The notes under the pieces are model-generated. The model did no database searches. It was not told the DNA's origin and saw nothing but the letters and a program-made list of their open reading frames with translations. The translations under genes were made by a program, and so were the position numbers. Shown one piece after another: positions 8,723-18,139 of a stretch of 32,000 bases of DNA. This stretch comes from Fastidiosibacter lacustris (GTDB lineage: Bacteria; Pseudomonadota; Gammaproteobacteria; Francisellales; Francisellaceae). Every line of letters starts with the position of its first letter. Within the stretch, counting starts at the first letter, position 1. The stretch is taken from NCBI RefSeq assembly GCF_003428155.1, contig NZ_QLIR01000002.1:210001-242000 (forward strand), read 5' to 3'.

Positions 8723-10113
8723 AATTTAAAAGATTTTGGCAAAATAGAGCAAATTTGAATGAGAAGCGACACCAGCAAAGAGATGCTTTAAATTTTCTGC
8801 CAAGTGCGTTAGAAATACAAGAGCATCCTCCACATCCTGTTGCGCGTGTGATGATGTGGATTTTGGTAAGCATCATCGTATTTACCTTGCTTTGGGCATG
8901 TATTGGCAAAATGGATGTGATTGTGATAGCGCAGGGAAAAATTGTCCCACAAGCACAAGTGAAAATTATTCAACCATTGGAAAAAGGTATCGTTAAAGCG
9001 ATTTACGTTAAAGATGGTCAGTTGGTCATGAAAGAGGAATTATTGCTAGAGTTAGACCAAAGTGTTACCCAAACTGATATTGAGAATTTGGCACATCAAT
9101 TAAAGGTTGCTCAACTTATGTTGGCACAACACCAAACGGTCTATAATTTACTCACCTCACATGAGTTTATTGAAATGCGTTTTGATGAGGTTTTGATTCA
9201 AAGTCATGGCTTTTCTGAAATGGAACAAGAATCGCTTAAACAATTGGTATGGCGTAAATGGCAGGTATATGTTGCCGAGATTAATCGTTTAGAAGCAAAT
9301 GTAAACGTTGCAAAAGCTGAGTTAAATGCAGCACAAGAACAAATAAAAATGCTAACTCAAACTGTACCTATCATCCGTGAACAAAATAAGATGTATCACG
9401 CGTTACATCAAAGTGATTTTGCGTCAAAAGCAGAGTATCTACAAAGTCAAAAAGATTTGATTGAGAAAGAGCAATTGTTAGCGCAATCAAATGCAACTTA
9501 TGCTCAATTACAAGCAAATTTGGCGAGTCATATCAGTGAGCTTAAGCGAGTTAAAGCTGACTATTTTGCCCAAAGTTTAGAATCTATTGAAATGGCAAAA
9601 AAGGACGTTAACATACTCTCAAAGGAACTCACTAAATATGAGCTTATGCAAAGAGAGCAAAGTTTAAAAGCTCCTATTACTGGCTATATCCATAATCTAG
9701 CTGTTCATACATTAGGAGCAGTTGTAACGTCCGCGCAAATGCTGATGCAGATTATCCCTAAAGCCAGTCCATTAGAAGTAAATGCTACAATCCCAAATAA
9801 AGACATTGGCTATTTGCATGAAGGGCAAAAGGTAAGAATAAAAGTCGATACCTATCCTTTTACCGAGTATGGATTTTTAACGGGTAAAATACTTGAAATA
9901 ACTGATGATGCAATTGAAGATGAGCGTTTGGGATTAGTGTTTAAGATCATGGTAAGCCTTGACCAAAACACACTTCAAAAAGGCAATAGCAGTTTTGCTA
10001 TTCGTCCAGGTATGTCGGTGATAGTTGAAGTTAAAACACATGAAAGGCGTATTATAGAATATTTTTTAAGCCCATTAGTTAAAGCGTTTAAAGAGAGTTT
10101 GCATGAACGATAA
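8704..10113 (+). CDS. hlyD: Type I secretion membrane fusion protein (HlyD family)
   Basis: 469 aa; N-terminal TM, GKIVPQAQVKIIQPLEKGIVKAIYVKDGQLV biotinyl-lipoyl-like segment, long coiled coil, LKAPITGYIHNLAVHTLGAVV, VEVKTHERRIIEYFLSPL C-terminus; overlaps the end of hlyB by 19 nt. Confidence 0.92.
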   Translation: MQKVWIKFKRFWQNRANLNEKRHQQRDALNFLPSALEIQEHPPHPVARVMMWILVSIIVFTLLWACIGKMDVIVIAQGKIVPQAQVKIIQPLEKGIVKAIYVKDGQLVMKEELLLELDQSVTQTDIENLAHQLKVAQLMLAQHQTVYNLLTSHEFIEMRFDEVLIQSHGFSEMEQESLKQLVWRKWQVYVAEINRLEANVNVAKAELNAAQEQIKMLTQTVPIIREQNKMYHALHQSDFASKAEYLQSQKDLIEKEQLLAQSNATYAQLQANLASHISELKRVKADYFAQSLESIEMAKKDVNILSKELTKYELMQREQSLKAPITGYIHNLAVHTLGAVVTSAQMLMQIIPKASPLEVNATIPNKDIGYLHEGQKVRIKVDTYPFTEYGFLTGKILEITDDAIEDERLGLVFKIMVSLDQNTLQKGNSSFAIRPGMSVIVEVKTHERRIIEYFLSPLVKAFKESLHER

Positions 10114-10128
10114 TGGCTTGACTATTTA

Positions 10129-11106
10129 TCAAGAGCGTAATGTTTTGAGGGCTTTTTCAAAAACATTGACATTTGCATCATATCGTGTTGCATTTTCGCT
10201 TAAAAATCGACGATATAGGCGGGCGTTAGGGTAGCCATTAAATAAATTAAGCGTATGTCTTGTAATATGATTTAGCTTAGTTCCTGGGGTTTTGAGTTCA
10301 TTTTCAATATACTGAATTAAGTTTTCAGCAACATCAAATGGTGTTATGTGTCTAAGCTTCTCGTTGTAAAAAAAATGATCAACATCTTTAAACAACATCG
10401 GATTATGATAAGCTTCACGACCGATCATAACACTATCAACTTTTTCTAAATGTGTTTTCGCCTCATTGAAGTTGGTAATGCCACCGTTAATACCGATTTG
10501 GTTATTAGGAAAAAGCTGTTTAATTCGGTACACCGTATCGTATTTCAAAGGTGGAATCGTTCGGTTTTCTTTAGGACTTAGCCCTTTTAACCAACCTTTT
10601 CGTGCGTGAATACAGATAAAGTCTACTTTAGCATCGACAATGCTTTGGATAAAATAAATAAGTTCATCAAAACTATCCTTATCATCTACTCCAATTCGGC
10701 ATTTGACAGAAACAGGAATATTAACGGCTGTTTTTAAAGCAACAACGCATTCTTTGACTAATTGAGGTTTATACATCAGTGATAATCCAAACTCACCTTG
10801 TGATACACGGTCACTTGGGCAACCGACGTTTAGATTGATCTCACTAAATCCAAGCTCTTTAGCCAGTTTGGCACAAAAAGCTAGATCTTTTGGATTATTA
10901 CCACCTAGTTGTAAGGTCAACGGATTTTCTTGTGGTGAATATTGTAATAAATGTTCGCGTGAACCATGAATGATTGCATTTGTGGTAATCATTTCAGTAT
11001 AAAGAATAGTACGTTTTGTAATTAGTCTCATCATGTAACGATAGTGACGATCTGTCCAATCGATCATAGGTGCAATGCAAATTTTACGTGCTAAGGCGTG
11101 TGACAT
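10129..11106 (-). CDS. dusA: tRNA-dihydrouridine(20/20a) synthase DusA
   Basis: IAPMIDWTDRHYRYMMRLITKRTILYTEMITTNAI, INLNVGCPSDRVSQGEFGLSLMYKP, VSVKCRIGVDD, GINGGITN, MIGREAYHNPML. Confidence 0.94.
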   Translation of the reverse strand: MSHALARKICIAPMIDWTDRHYRYMMRLITKRTILYTEMITTNAIIHGSREHLLQYSPQENPLTLQLGGNNPKDLAFCAKLAKELGFSEINLNVGCPSDRVSQGEFGLSLMYKPQLVKECVVALKTAVNIPVSVKCRIGVDDKDSFDELIYFIQSIVDAKVDFICIHARKGWLKGLSPKENRTIPPLKYDTVYRIKQLFPNNQIGINGGITNFNEAKTHLEKVDSVMIGREAYHNPMLFKDVDHFFYNEKLRHITPFDVAENLIQYIENELKTPGTKLNHITRHTLNLFNGYPNARLYRRFLSENATRYDANVNVFEKALKTLRS

Positions 11107-11283
11107 GAATGTCTATAAAGTCATATTTATTTTAAATGTACAGTATAACAAATGTTCTTGATTGCAGCTATTGCTAGTTTCATAACTGAAAAATGATAAA
11201 ACTTCAAAATTTTAAGGTTGTAATTTGTCACAATCAGATTATTATGGCGATACTTAGTGAGCTTTTAATAAGTAAAAGTCTTT

Positions 11284-11931
11284 ATGCTACGAAAAATTAT
11301 TAAATCATTAATCCCAAGTCGCGGAGAAATTTTCTTTGATCTATTTGTCCAAGCTGCCGAAAATGTACATACTTCAGCGAGTTTTTTAGTTGACATTGTT
11401 AAAGAAGAAAATGCTAAAATAGCCAATGAGCTTATGACCAATCTCAGGCAACAGCGTCAAAATGCAGTCGATATTAATAAGAAAATCATCGTTGAACTAA
11501 ATGAGCAGTTTATTACGCCAATTGATCGTGGTGATATCTTCTATTTATCTGGACTGATGCTGAAGTTGACCAAACGTATCATTAAAATCAATAAAAAAAT
11601 GCAAATTTACGCAATTGATAGCAAGGTAGACGATTGTTTGATTCGTAGCGTTGTGACTTTGCAAGACATTACAAAATCGCTGTGTGATTTATTCATTGCA
11701 TTTAAAAATAAAGATGGTCAAAAAATTAAACTGGCCTCGCAACATGCAACAGAGCTTGATGAAAATGTCGTCGAAGATTTAGGTGATGCTATTGATCAGA
11801 TCAAAAAAGCAGATTATGACACCTTGACTACAATTAAATTAAAAGAGGTTTTTAAAGCGGTTGAATCAGCAGTCGACACTAGTGCTACCCTATGTGATTC
11901 AGTGATGCGCATTTATGTTAAGGAAATTTAG
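11284..11931 (+). CDS. DUF47 / PhoU-like accessory protein
   Basis: 215 aa helical protein directly upstream of pit; sequence pattern (PSRGEIFFDLFVQAAENVHTSASFLVDIV... ITPIDRGDIFYLSG) typical of the TIGR00153/DUF47 family. Confidence 0.88.
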   Translation: MLRKIIKSLIPSRGEIFFDLFVQAAENVHTSASFLVDIVKEENAKIANELMTNLRQQRQNAVDINKKIIVELNEQFITPIDRGDIFYLSGLMLKLTKRIIKINKKMQIYAIDSKVDDCLIRSVVTLQDITKSLCDLFIAFKNKDGQKIKLASQHATELDENVVEDLGDAIDQIKKADYDTLTTIKLKEVFKAVESAVDTSATLCDSVMRIYVKEI

Positions 11932-11933
11932 TT

Positions 11934-12950
11934 ATGATGATAGTCCTTATTTGTATTATCATTATTGCTTTGTTTTTTGAATTTATTAATGGATTTCACG
12001 ATGTTGCAAATGTTGTGGCAACTCCGATTGCGTCAAAGTCACTTTCACCATATCAAGCAATTATTATTGCTGCAATTTTTAATTTTATTGGTGCCTTTAT
12101 GGGTACTGCCGTTGCAACCACAATTAGTAAAGGTTTAGTAGATGCTAATGTTATCACCCATTTAGTGCTTGTTGCGGCACTTATTGCTGCAATAAGTTGG
12201 AATTTATTTACTTGGTATTTTGGTATCCCTTCTAGTTCATCACATGCTCTAATTGGTTCTTTAGTAGGAGCTGCTATTGCGGTAAGTAATATCCATACCA
12301 TTCACTATAGTGTCTTAATTGGTAAGGTTATTGTGCCGATGGTGTTATCACCGATTGTGGCATTTTTCTTAGCACTCATTTTAGTTGTTATTTTATTTCG
12401 TATCCTAAGCAAAAGAAAAACGCCGCGTAAATCTAATGCACGTATTCGAGAGTTGCAAGTGATCTCAAGCAGTTTATTGGCATTAAGTCATGGTTCAAAT
12501 GATGCTCAAAAAACCATGTCAATTATTACTTTGGCTTTGTTTGGTTTTGGGCTTGTTTCTACCGTTTCCCATGTTCCAATATGGGTGATTTGTGTTTGTG
12601 CATTAACAATGGCTTTAGGGACTTTAGCAGGTGGTATGCGCATTATTAAAACGCTTACCACTCGAGTAGCTAAAATTGGACCTGCAAATGGATTTGCTGC
12701 TGAGATGAGCTCAGGATTATTGATTTTAGGTGCTTCTCATTTGGGCTTGCCGGTAAGTACAACGCAAGCTGCTTCTGGTTCGATTATGGGAGCAGGGTAT
12801 CCTGAAAGTGGTGGCGTAAATTGGAAAGTGGTGCGTACAATGGCAACTGCATGGCTTTTAACTTTACCATGTTGCATGCTACTGAGTTTTATTGCCTACA
12901 AATTATTATTTGTATTATTTGGAGAGCTTGGAACTTCTGTCAATATTTAG
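11934..12950 (+). CDS. pit: Inorganic phosphate transporter (PiT family)
   Basis: FFEFINGFHDVANVVATPIASKSL, FGIPSSSSHALIGSLVGAAIA, ALSHGSNDAQKTM, PVSTTQAASGSIMGAG: duplicated PiT signature motifs. Confidence 0.94.
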   Translation: MMIVLICIIIIALFFEFINGFHDVANVVATPIASKSLSPYQAIIIAAIFNFIGAFMGTAVATTISKGLVDANVITHLVLVAALIAAISWNLFTWYFGIPSSSSHALIGSLVGAAIAVSNIHTIHYSVLIGKVIVPMVLSPIVAFFLALILVVILFRILSKRKTPRKSNARIRELQVISSSLLALSHGSNDAQKTMSIITLALFGFGLVSTVSHVPIWVICVCALTMALGTLAGGMRIIKTLTTRVAKIGPANGFAAEMSSGLLILGASHLGLPVSTTQAASGSIMGAGYPESGGVNWKVVRTMATAWLLTLPCCMLLSFIAYKLLFVLFGELGTSVNI

Positions 12951-12959
12951 GTTGCGGTC

Positions 12960-14315
12960 ATGTTATTAAAATTAGAAAGAAAATCAACGCTCAGTATTGC
13001 TACTATTTATGTTTTTAGAATGCTGGGACTTTTTATTATCTTGCCTATTTTTAGTTTATATGCTGATAAAATTATTGATGCAACACCAACACTTATGGGG
13101 GCTGCGCTGGGTATTTATGGTTTAACGCAAGCATTATTACAAATTGTACTTGGTGTGCTATCAGATAAATATGGTCGCAAGCCAATCATTTTATTTGGGC
13201 TAATTATTTTTATCTTAGGTAGTGTTGTCGCTGCGATGTCACATACTATTTATGGTATTATCATAGGGCGCGCTTTACAAGGTGCCGGGGCAATAGGTAG
13301 CACTTTAACTGCATTAATTGCGGATACAACAACTGAAGAAAACAGAATGAAAGCGATGTCTGTGATTGGCATGGCGATTGGTTTGTCATTTATTGGTGCA
13401 ATGGTGATCAGTCCAATTTTAAATTCAATCATTGGACTAAGTGGTATTTTTTGGCTTACCGCAATGCTTGGTGTGATTGGTATTGTGATTCTAATATATG
13501 GTGTACCAACACCGACTAAGATCATTTTTCATCGTGGTACAGAGACCACACCAAGTCAAATTAAGAATGTGCTGTGGAAATCTGAATTGCTGCGTTTAAA
13601 TTATGGTATTTTTAGTCTGCATACAATGCTAACAGCATTATTTTTAGTTATCCCAATTATCTTGATTGATTATATTGGTATTAGCATATCGAAGCAGTGG
13701 ATAGTATATTTACCTGTGTTGTTTATTTCCTTTTTACTTATGATTCCATTTATTTTCATTGCGGAAACTAAAAATTTAATTAAACCAATTTTTATTGGAG
13801 CAATAATTGTTTTAACTGCAATACAATTTTTATTAGTTGAATTCTACCAACATATTATCATTATGAGTGTATTGCTTGTTTTGTATTTTGCAAGCTTTAC
13901 ATTTCTAGAGGCAGCACTGCCTTCCCTTATTTCCAAAATGGCATCAATTACAAGCAAAGGCACAGCAATGGGGGTCTACTCAAGTACACAATTTTTGGGT
14001 ATTTTTTTTGGTGGTGTAATGGGTGGTGTGGTACTTCATCAGACAAATATTAAAGGTATTTTTATCTTCAATGGAATGCTTGGATTGATATGGATTATAA
14101 TTGCCGTAACGATGCAAAAACCAAAACAAGTGAGTTCAAAGTTGTATAGCTTAAAAAACCTAAAGCAAAAAATAGACGCTAAAGCACTGCAACAACAGAT
14201 CATCAAACTGCCTGGTGTTGAAGAAGCAATGGTGTGTATGGATGAATGTGTGGCTTATCTTAAAGTTGATAAAAAATATTTCGATGAAAAGAAGTTAAAA
14301 ATGCTTTTTAATTGA
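12960..14315 (+). CDS. MFS transporter, YajR-like (12-TM domain plus C-terminal ferredoxin-like/YAM-type domain)
   Basis: MFS motif A GVLSDKYGRKPIILFG; GRALQGAGAIGSTLTALIADTT; C-terminal cytosolic KLPGVEEAMVCMDECVAYLKVDKKYFDEKKLKML domain as in YajR. Confidence 0.8.
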   Translation: MLLKLERKSTLSIATIYVFRMLGLFIILPIFSLYADKIIDATPTLMGAALGIYGLTQALLQIVLGVLSDKYGRKPIILFGLIIFILGSVVAAMSHTIYGIIIGRALQGAGAIGSTLTALIADTTTEENRMKAMSVIGMAIGLSFIGAMVISPILNSIIGLSGIFWLTAMLGVIGIVILIYGVPTPTKIIFHRGTETTPSQIKNVLWKSELLRLNYGIFSLHTMLTALFLVIPIILIDYIGISISKQWIVYLPVLFISFLLMIPFIFIAETKNLIKPIFIGAIIVLTAIQFLLVEFYQHIIIMSVLLVLYFASFTFLEAALPSLISKMASITSKGTAMGVYSSTQFLGIFFGGVMGGVVLHQTNIKGIFIFNGMLGLIWIIIAVTMQKPKQVSSKLYSLKNLKQKIDAKALQQQIIKLPGVEEAMVCMDECVAYLKVDKKYFDEKKLKMLFN

Positions 14316-14547
14316 GTCTGTAACGTCTGAATTTTGTTATCTGTTTGATTCATAGAGATGGGTTCAATTTTTTCTGCGAATATTCTTCTGTGATTAAGTG
14401 TTTCTTTTCTAAGCTGCAATGCTTTTGCAGAGTTTTTCTAGATTTGACAAAATAACGATGAGTTTCAGTGGGTTTTTGCACATTGCGGGAAGTTTGAGAT
14501 AGTTACGGTAAAAAATGGTTCACAGAATCTAGATTACAGTGAGAGCT

Positions 14548-15222
14548 TTAAATTCTTTTTTCTAAAAACTTTCCTTTGAAAAAAGACAGTAGATCTTCAA
14601 CAAAATAATCAATCTCCGAATGTGTCATAAATCTTGCATGAGCAGTATCGTCTGCGTTAACAAGTACCGTAGTCATTCCTAGTTGTTTGGCGGGAATTAA
14701 ATTATGTGATGAGTCTTCAAAAAAACTGCTTTGTTTGGTGTAATTTTTAGCACATCAAAGCAATACTGATATGCTTTTATATTTGGTTTTGGAATCAATC
14801 CAGTACATTCCAAAGTCACAACATCTTGAATCACTTGATGTAATCCAAGCTTATTGATAACGCGTCCTGCATGATAACGTGAACCATTGGTAAATATCGA
14901 TAAATGTTTACCATTTTCTTTTAATACATTCAAAAATGTCAAAAGTTCATTATCTAGTTGTAAGCTTTCCAATGGTACGTTATCAACTACCTTTAGAAAT
15001 TCATATGGATTAATGTTGTGATGGTACATAAGACCGTGCATCGTCGTGCCAAAGCTGCGATAATATTTCTCTCTTAAAAAATCCGCCTCTTTACGAGGAA
15101 CCTTTAACTTAATTTACAATAAAATTAGACATATTGCGCAGTTGCAAATCAAAAAAGGCAGAACTTGCCGAATAAAGGGTATTATCTAAATCAAATACAT
15201 AATGCTCAAAATTCAAGTGCAT
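14548..15222 (-). pseudogene. HAD-family hydrolase (pyrimidine 5'-nucleotidase-like), two frameshifts
   Basis: Conceptual minus-strand translation: MHLNFEHYVFDLDNTLYSASSAFFDLQLRNMSNFIVN / KLKVPRKEADFLREKYYRSFGTTMHGLMYHHNINPYEF...FTNGSRYHAGRVINKLGLHQVIQDVVTLE...KPNIKAYQYCFDVL...KAVFF / EDSSHNLIPAKQLGMTTVLVNADDTAHARFMTHSEIDYFVEDLLSFF. HAD motifs DLDNTL, TNG, K and EDS are present, but frame breaks lie near 15108-15113 and in the A7 tract at 14719-14725. Confidence 0.85.
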
Positions 15223-15307
15223 CTTAGTTTTTCTTAATCCTTAATCACATATAGCGCAAGCTTAGTGAGTTTAGCCAATATTTGAAAGTAGTTTTTCAGT
15301 CTCTATT

Positions 15308-16729
15308 TTAATGCAAGTTTAATTTATAAAGGATGTGATCATAACGGTTACCGCTCACTTGCTGGTGATTTGGCAAAAGCATGTCAAACTGAAAACCCAA
15401 GCGCTTAGCTACTTTTTGACTTCTTTTGTTTTCAACTGCGCAACTTATCGATACGTCTAATAAATCAAACGCATGAAATCCGTAATCAATCAATGCTTTA
15501 ACAGATTTTGTCATAATTCCTAATCCAAGATAATCTTGAGCTAACCAATAACCAATTTCAGCACTTTTAGTTTGTTGGTGGATAGAATTAAAACTCACTA
15601 TCCCGATAAGCTTATTTTCAATAAAAATACCTAAAATTAAGCTTTTCTGCTCCAAGAATCCCTGATGGGTAAAATAGATAAAATCGACCGCATCTTGCAG
15701 TTGCATCAGTACATTTGCCCATTCAAACCACATCTGTAGATGGTTTTGATTGTATAACTTTAATTGATGTAAGCTTTCTGCATCACATGGTCGCAATAAC
15801 CTAAGCTTAATAACACCATCCACAGGAATAATAAGCTTTTCTAATCTTTCCAATTGTTGGTAAATTACTTGCGTAACAGGTACCTTGATATTTTTCTTTT
15901 TGGCCATTTCAATGAAGTTATGGTAAATACTGCCAAGTTCCATTGGTTTGCCTTCATTATAGTCATACCACATACTAAAGTAAGCTCCTCTATATTCAGA
16001 TCTGGTCAATGCATGGATAAGGTTATTTATCTTGTCCGTTGATAAGAAAACGTTATAGGCTTTCGCAACCTCAATGACTTCATTGCCAACATCGGTTATT
16101 ATCTTAACTGTTTTTATGTCTTTTGCCATGCTGGGCATGTCTTGCTGAGATATGACTGATACACCGTTACAAGAAGCACTAATCAATAATTTTTGAAAGC
16201 GTAAATCCAGCACACTTTTTTCTTTAATAACTTCATCAAATATATACTTTAACACATATTCAATGTGCGTATTTTCACAATTAGTGCAAAACGCATAATT
16301 TAAGTTAGACAAATGATTATGCCATGTGATCACATTAGCATGTTTACTGACTTTAATGTGACTAATTGCCCCAATTATAACATTACTCTTATGAATTAAA
16401 CTTAATAATTTTTCCTCTTCACCAATTCCATTTTGGATCATTACAATAGTTTTATTTTTGAGCTGCGCTAACTGGCTAAAAACAACATCATTTGCCGTTG
16501 ATTTTGTACAAATAAAAATGACCTCTCCATTTATTTCTGCAACGTTTGTTACAATGTCATCGAAATTTGCATAAGCCTCTATATTACCAACAATTTTCAA
16601 ATTTATAGAAATATGATTTTGACTCATTTCTTTAAATACTAGTTGCACAGGAATACCTGCGCATTTTAATTTCACTGCAATAAACCCACCCACTGCGCCT
16701 ACGCCAATAATGCTGACTTTCATGTGCAC
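15308..16729 (-). CDS. Ketopantoate reductase (ApbA/PanE)-like domain fused to a C-terminal GNAT (RimJ/RimL-type) acetyltransferase domain
   Basis: N-terminus MKVSIIGVGAVGGFIAVKL (Rossmann), MIQNGIGEEEKLL, RFQKLLISASCNGVSVI; residues about 299-473 (nt 15308-15835) IKLRLLRPCDAESLHQLKLYNQNHLQMWFEW...GIVSFNSIHQQTKSAEIGYWLAQDYLGLGIMTKSVKALIDYGFHAFDLLDVSISCAVENKRSQKVAKRLGF. Confidence 0.82.
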   Translation of the reverse strand: MHMKVSIIGVGAVGGFIAVKLKCAGIPVQLVFKEMSQNHISINLKIVGNIEAYANFDDIVTNVAEINGEVIFICTKSTANDVVFSQLAQLKNKTIVMIQNGIGEEEKLLSLIHKSNVIIGAISHIKVSKHANVITWHNHLSNLNYAFCTNCENTHIEYVLKYIFDEVIKEKSVLDLRFQKLLISASCNGVSVISQQDMPSMAKDIKTVKIITDVGNEVIEVAKAYNVFLSTDKINNLIHALTRSEYRGAYFSMWYDYNEGKPMELGSIYHNFIEMAKKKNIKVPVTQVIYQQLERLEKLIIPVDGVIKLRLLRPCDAESLHQLKLYNQNHLQMWFEWANVLMQLQDAVDFIYFTHQGFLEQKSLILGIFIENKLIGIVSFNSIHQQTKSAEIGYWLAQDYLGLGIMTKSVKALIDYGFHAFDLLDVSISCAVENKRSQKVAKRLGFQFDMLLPNHQQVSGNRYDHILYKLNLH

Positions 16730-16794
16730 TTCTTCCTGGTTATGCTCAATTTATGTTATATTGCCATGATATTAATAAAATAAGAATTACGTTT

Positions 16795-17334
16795 ATGCCA
16801 ATTCGAAGCTTTAATGAGATTACGCCCAAAATTGATAATAGTGCCTTTATTGACCCTATGGCAACTGTAACCGGTGATGTAATTATTGGTAAACACAGTT
16901 CCATATGGACAAATGTTAGTATTCGAGGAGATTTACTGAACATTACCATAGGCAATAAAAGCAATGTTCAAGATAATAGCAGCATTCATACCACACAGTT
17001 CTTTGATCGCCCTGGGTGTGGCTTTGATGTGAAAATTGGTGATGAAGTCACCATTGGGCATGGTGCGATTATTCATGGCTGCCATATTGGCAATCAAGTC
17101 TTAATTGGCATGGGAGCAATTATATTAGATGGCGCTATTATCGAAGATGAGGTTATTATTGGTGCAGGTGCTGTCGTTTCTCCTGGCAAAAAACTAGAAT
17201 CAGGTTTTTTATATATAGGTGCTCCAGCTAGACAGGTGCGCCCATTAAAAGAAAGTGAGAAACAATATATTCGTGCAAATGCTCAAAATTATTGCGAAAT
17301 TATGCAACAGCATAAAAAAGGATTAAACCAGTAA
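16795..17334 (+). CDS. Gamma-carbonic anhydrase family protein (YrdA/PaaY-like, left-handed beta-helix)
   Basis: Hexapeptide repeats; MPIRSFNEITPKIDNSAFIDPMATVTGDVIIGKHSSIWTNVSIRGD...IGDEVTIGHGAIIHGCHIGNQVLIGMGAIILDGAIIEDEVIIGAGAVVSPGK. The track ORF starts at 16753; ATG at 16795 fits the family start better. Confidence 0.9.
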   Translation: MPIRSFNEITPKIDNSAFIDPMATVTGDVIIGKHSSIWTNVSIRGDLLNITIGNKSNVQDNSSIHTTQFFDRPGCGFDVKIGDEVTIGHGAIIHGCHIGNQVLIGMGAIILDGAIIEDEVIIGAGAVVSPGKKLESGFLYIGAPARQVRPLKESEKQYIRANAQNYCEIMQQHKKGLNQ

Positions 17335-17335
17335 T

Positions 17336-18139
17336 ATGTCTATTTTCACTCACACCTTACAGCTTATTGAATCAAAATATATATCTCTTTTGGGCTTTCC
17401 CTACGAAAAGCGAATGAATAAAAATATGTGGCAAAATTCAACTTGTCAAAAACACACAAAATGCAAGGCGAGCAAGTCTGTGAAATGGTCTATCGGTGTA
17501 TATGCCTTGCGAAACTTAAGTTATTTTATTAGCGTTAGTTTTATGGCTATTTTTATTAGTTCTTGTACGACTATCAGCATACCTAAATCACCATTATTGA
17601 CAAGTCAAAACCCAGAAAGCCAATGGCAAAACTATCAAAGAATCTTAACCACTCTAACCACTTGGCAAGTTTCTGGTGTGGTTGGTGTTGTAATGAATCA
17701 AAAAGGTGAATCTGCCAATTTTATTTGGAAACAAAACAAAAATTCTTTCTGGATCCAAATTTATGGTCCGCTTGGCTTAGGTGCAACAACGTTTGAAGGA
17801 GATACTAATACTCAAGAAGTAACTTTAAAGCGTAGTAATGGTGAAACTGTTAAAGCTAAAAGCTTACAAATATTAATGCAATCTCAATTAGGTTGGAGCA
17901 TCCCTATTGCTGGGCTTTACTACTGGGTACGTGGTTTATACATCCCTAATGCTGCACATATACTTACACTTAATGAATATGGATTAATCCAAAATTTACA
18001 CCAACAAGGCTGGATGATTGATTACAGTCGTTATATGTTATTTGCCCATAAATATCCACTTGCTGAAAAAATGATATTTCGTTATGGTGAGGACTTAAAA
18101 ATTACCTTGATTATTAAAATATGGCAACTCAATCCTTAA
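17336..18139 (+). CDS. lolB: Outer membrane lipoprotein localisation protein LolB (start codon uncertain)
   Basis: Lipobox-like FMAIFISSC; WQNYQRILTTLTTWQVSGVVGVVMNQKGESANFIWKQNKNSFWIQIYGPLGLGATTFEGD; immediately upstream of ispE as in many gammaproteobacteria. Confidence 0.85.
   Translation: MSIFTHTLQLIESKYISLLGFPYEKRMNKNMWQNSTCQKHTKCKASKSVKWSIGVYALRNLSYFISVSFMAIFISSCTTISIPKSPLLTSQNPESQWQNYQRILTTLTTWQVSGVVGVVMNQKGESANFIWKQNKNSFWIQIYGPLGLGATTFEGDTNTQEVTLKRSNGETVKAKSLQILMQSQLGWSIPIAGLYYWVRGLYIPNAAHILTLNEYGLIQNLHQQGWMIDYSRYMLFAHKYPLAEKMIFRYGEDLKITLIIKIWQLNP

Noticed and set aside
8625-8909. Minus-strand 94-aa ORF overlapping the hlyB/hlyD junction
   Set aside because: Fully antisense to well-supported coding sequence, with low-complexity Cys/Ser composition and no recognisable motif. 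The same applies to the other short antisense ORFs in the track (for example 198..395, 1900..2151, 2006..2197, 3405..3662, 12053..12301, 13250..13525, 18363..18578, 19631..19840, 20476..20700, 21934..22302, 22793..23026).
12821-13018. Plus-strand 65-aa ORF over the pit/MFS junction
   Set aside because: Out-of-frame overlap with pit and the MFS start; no homology signal.
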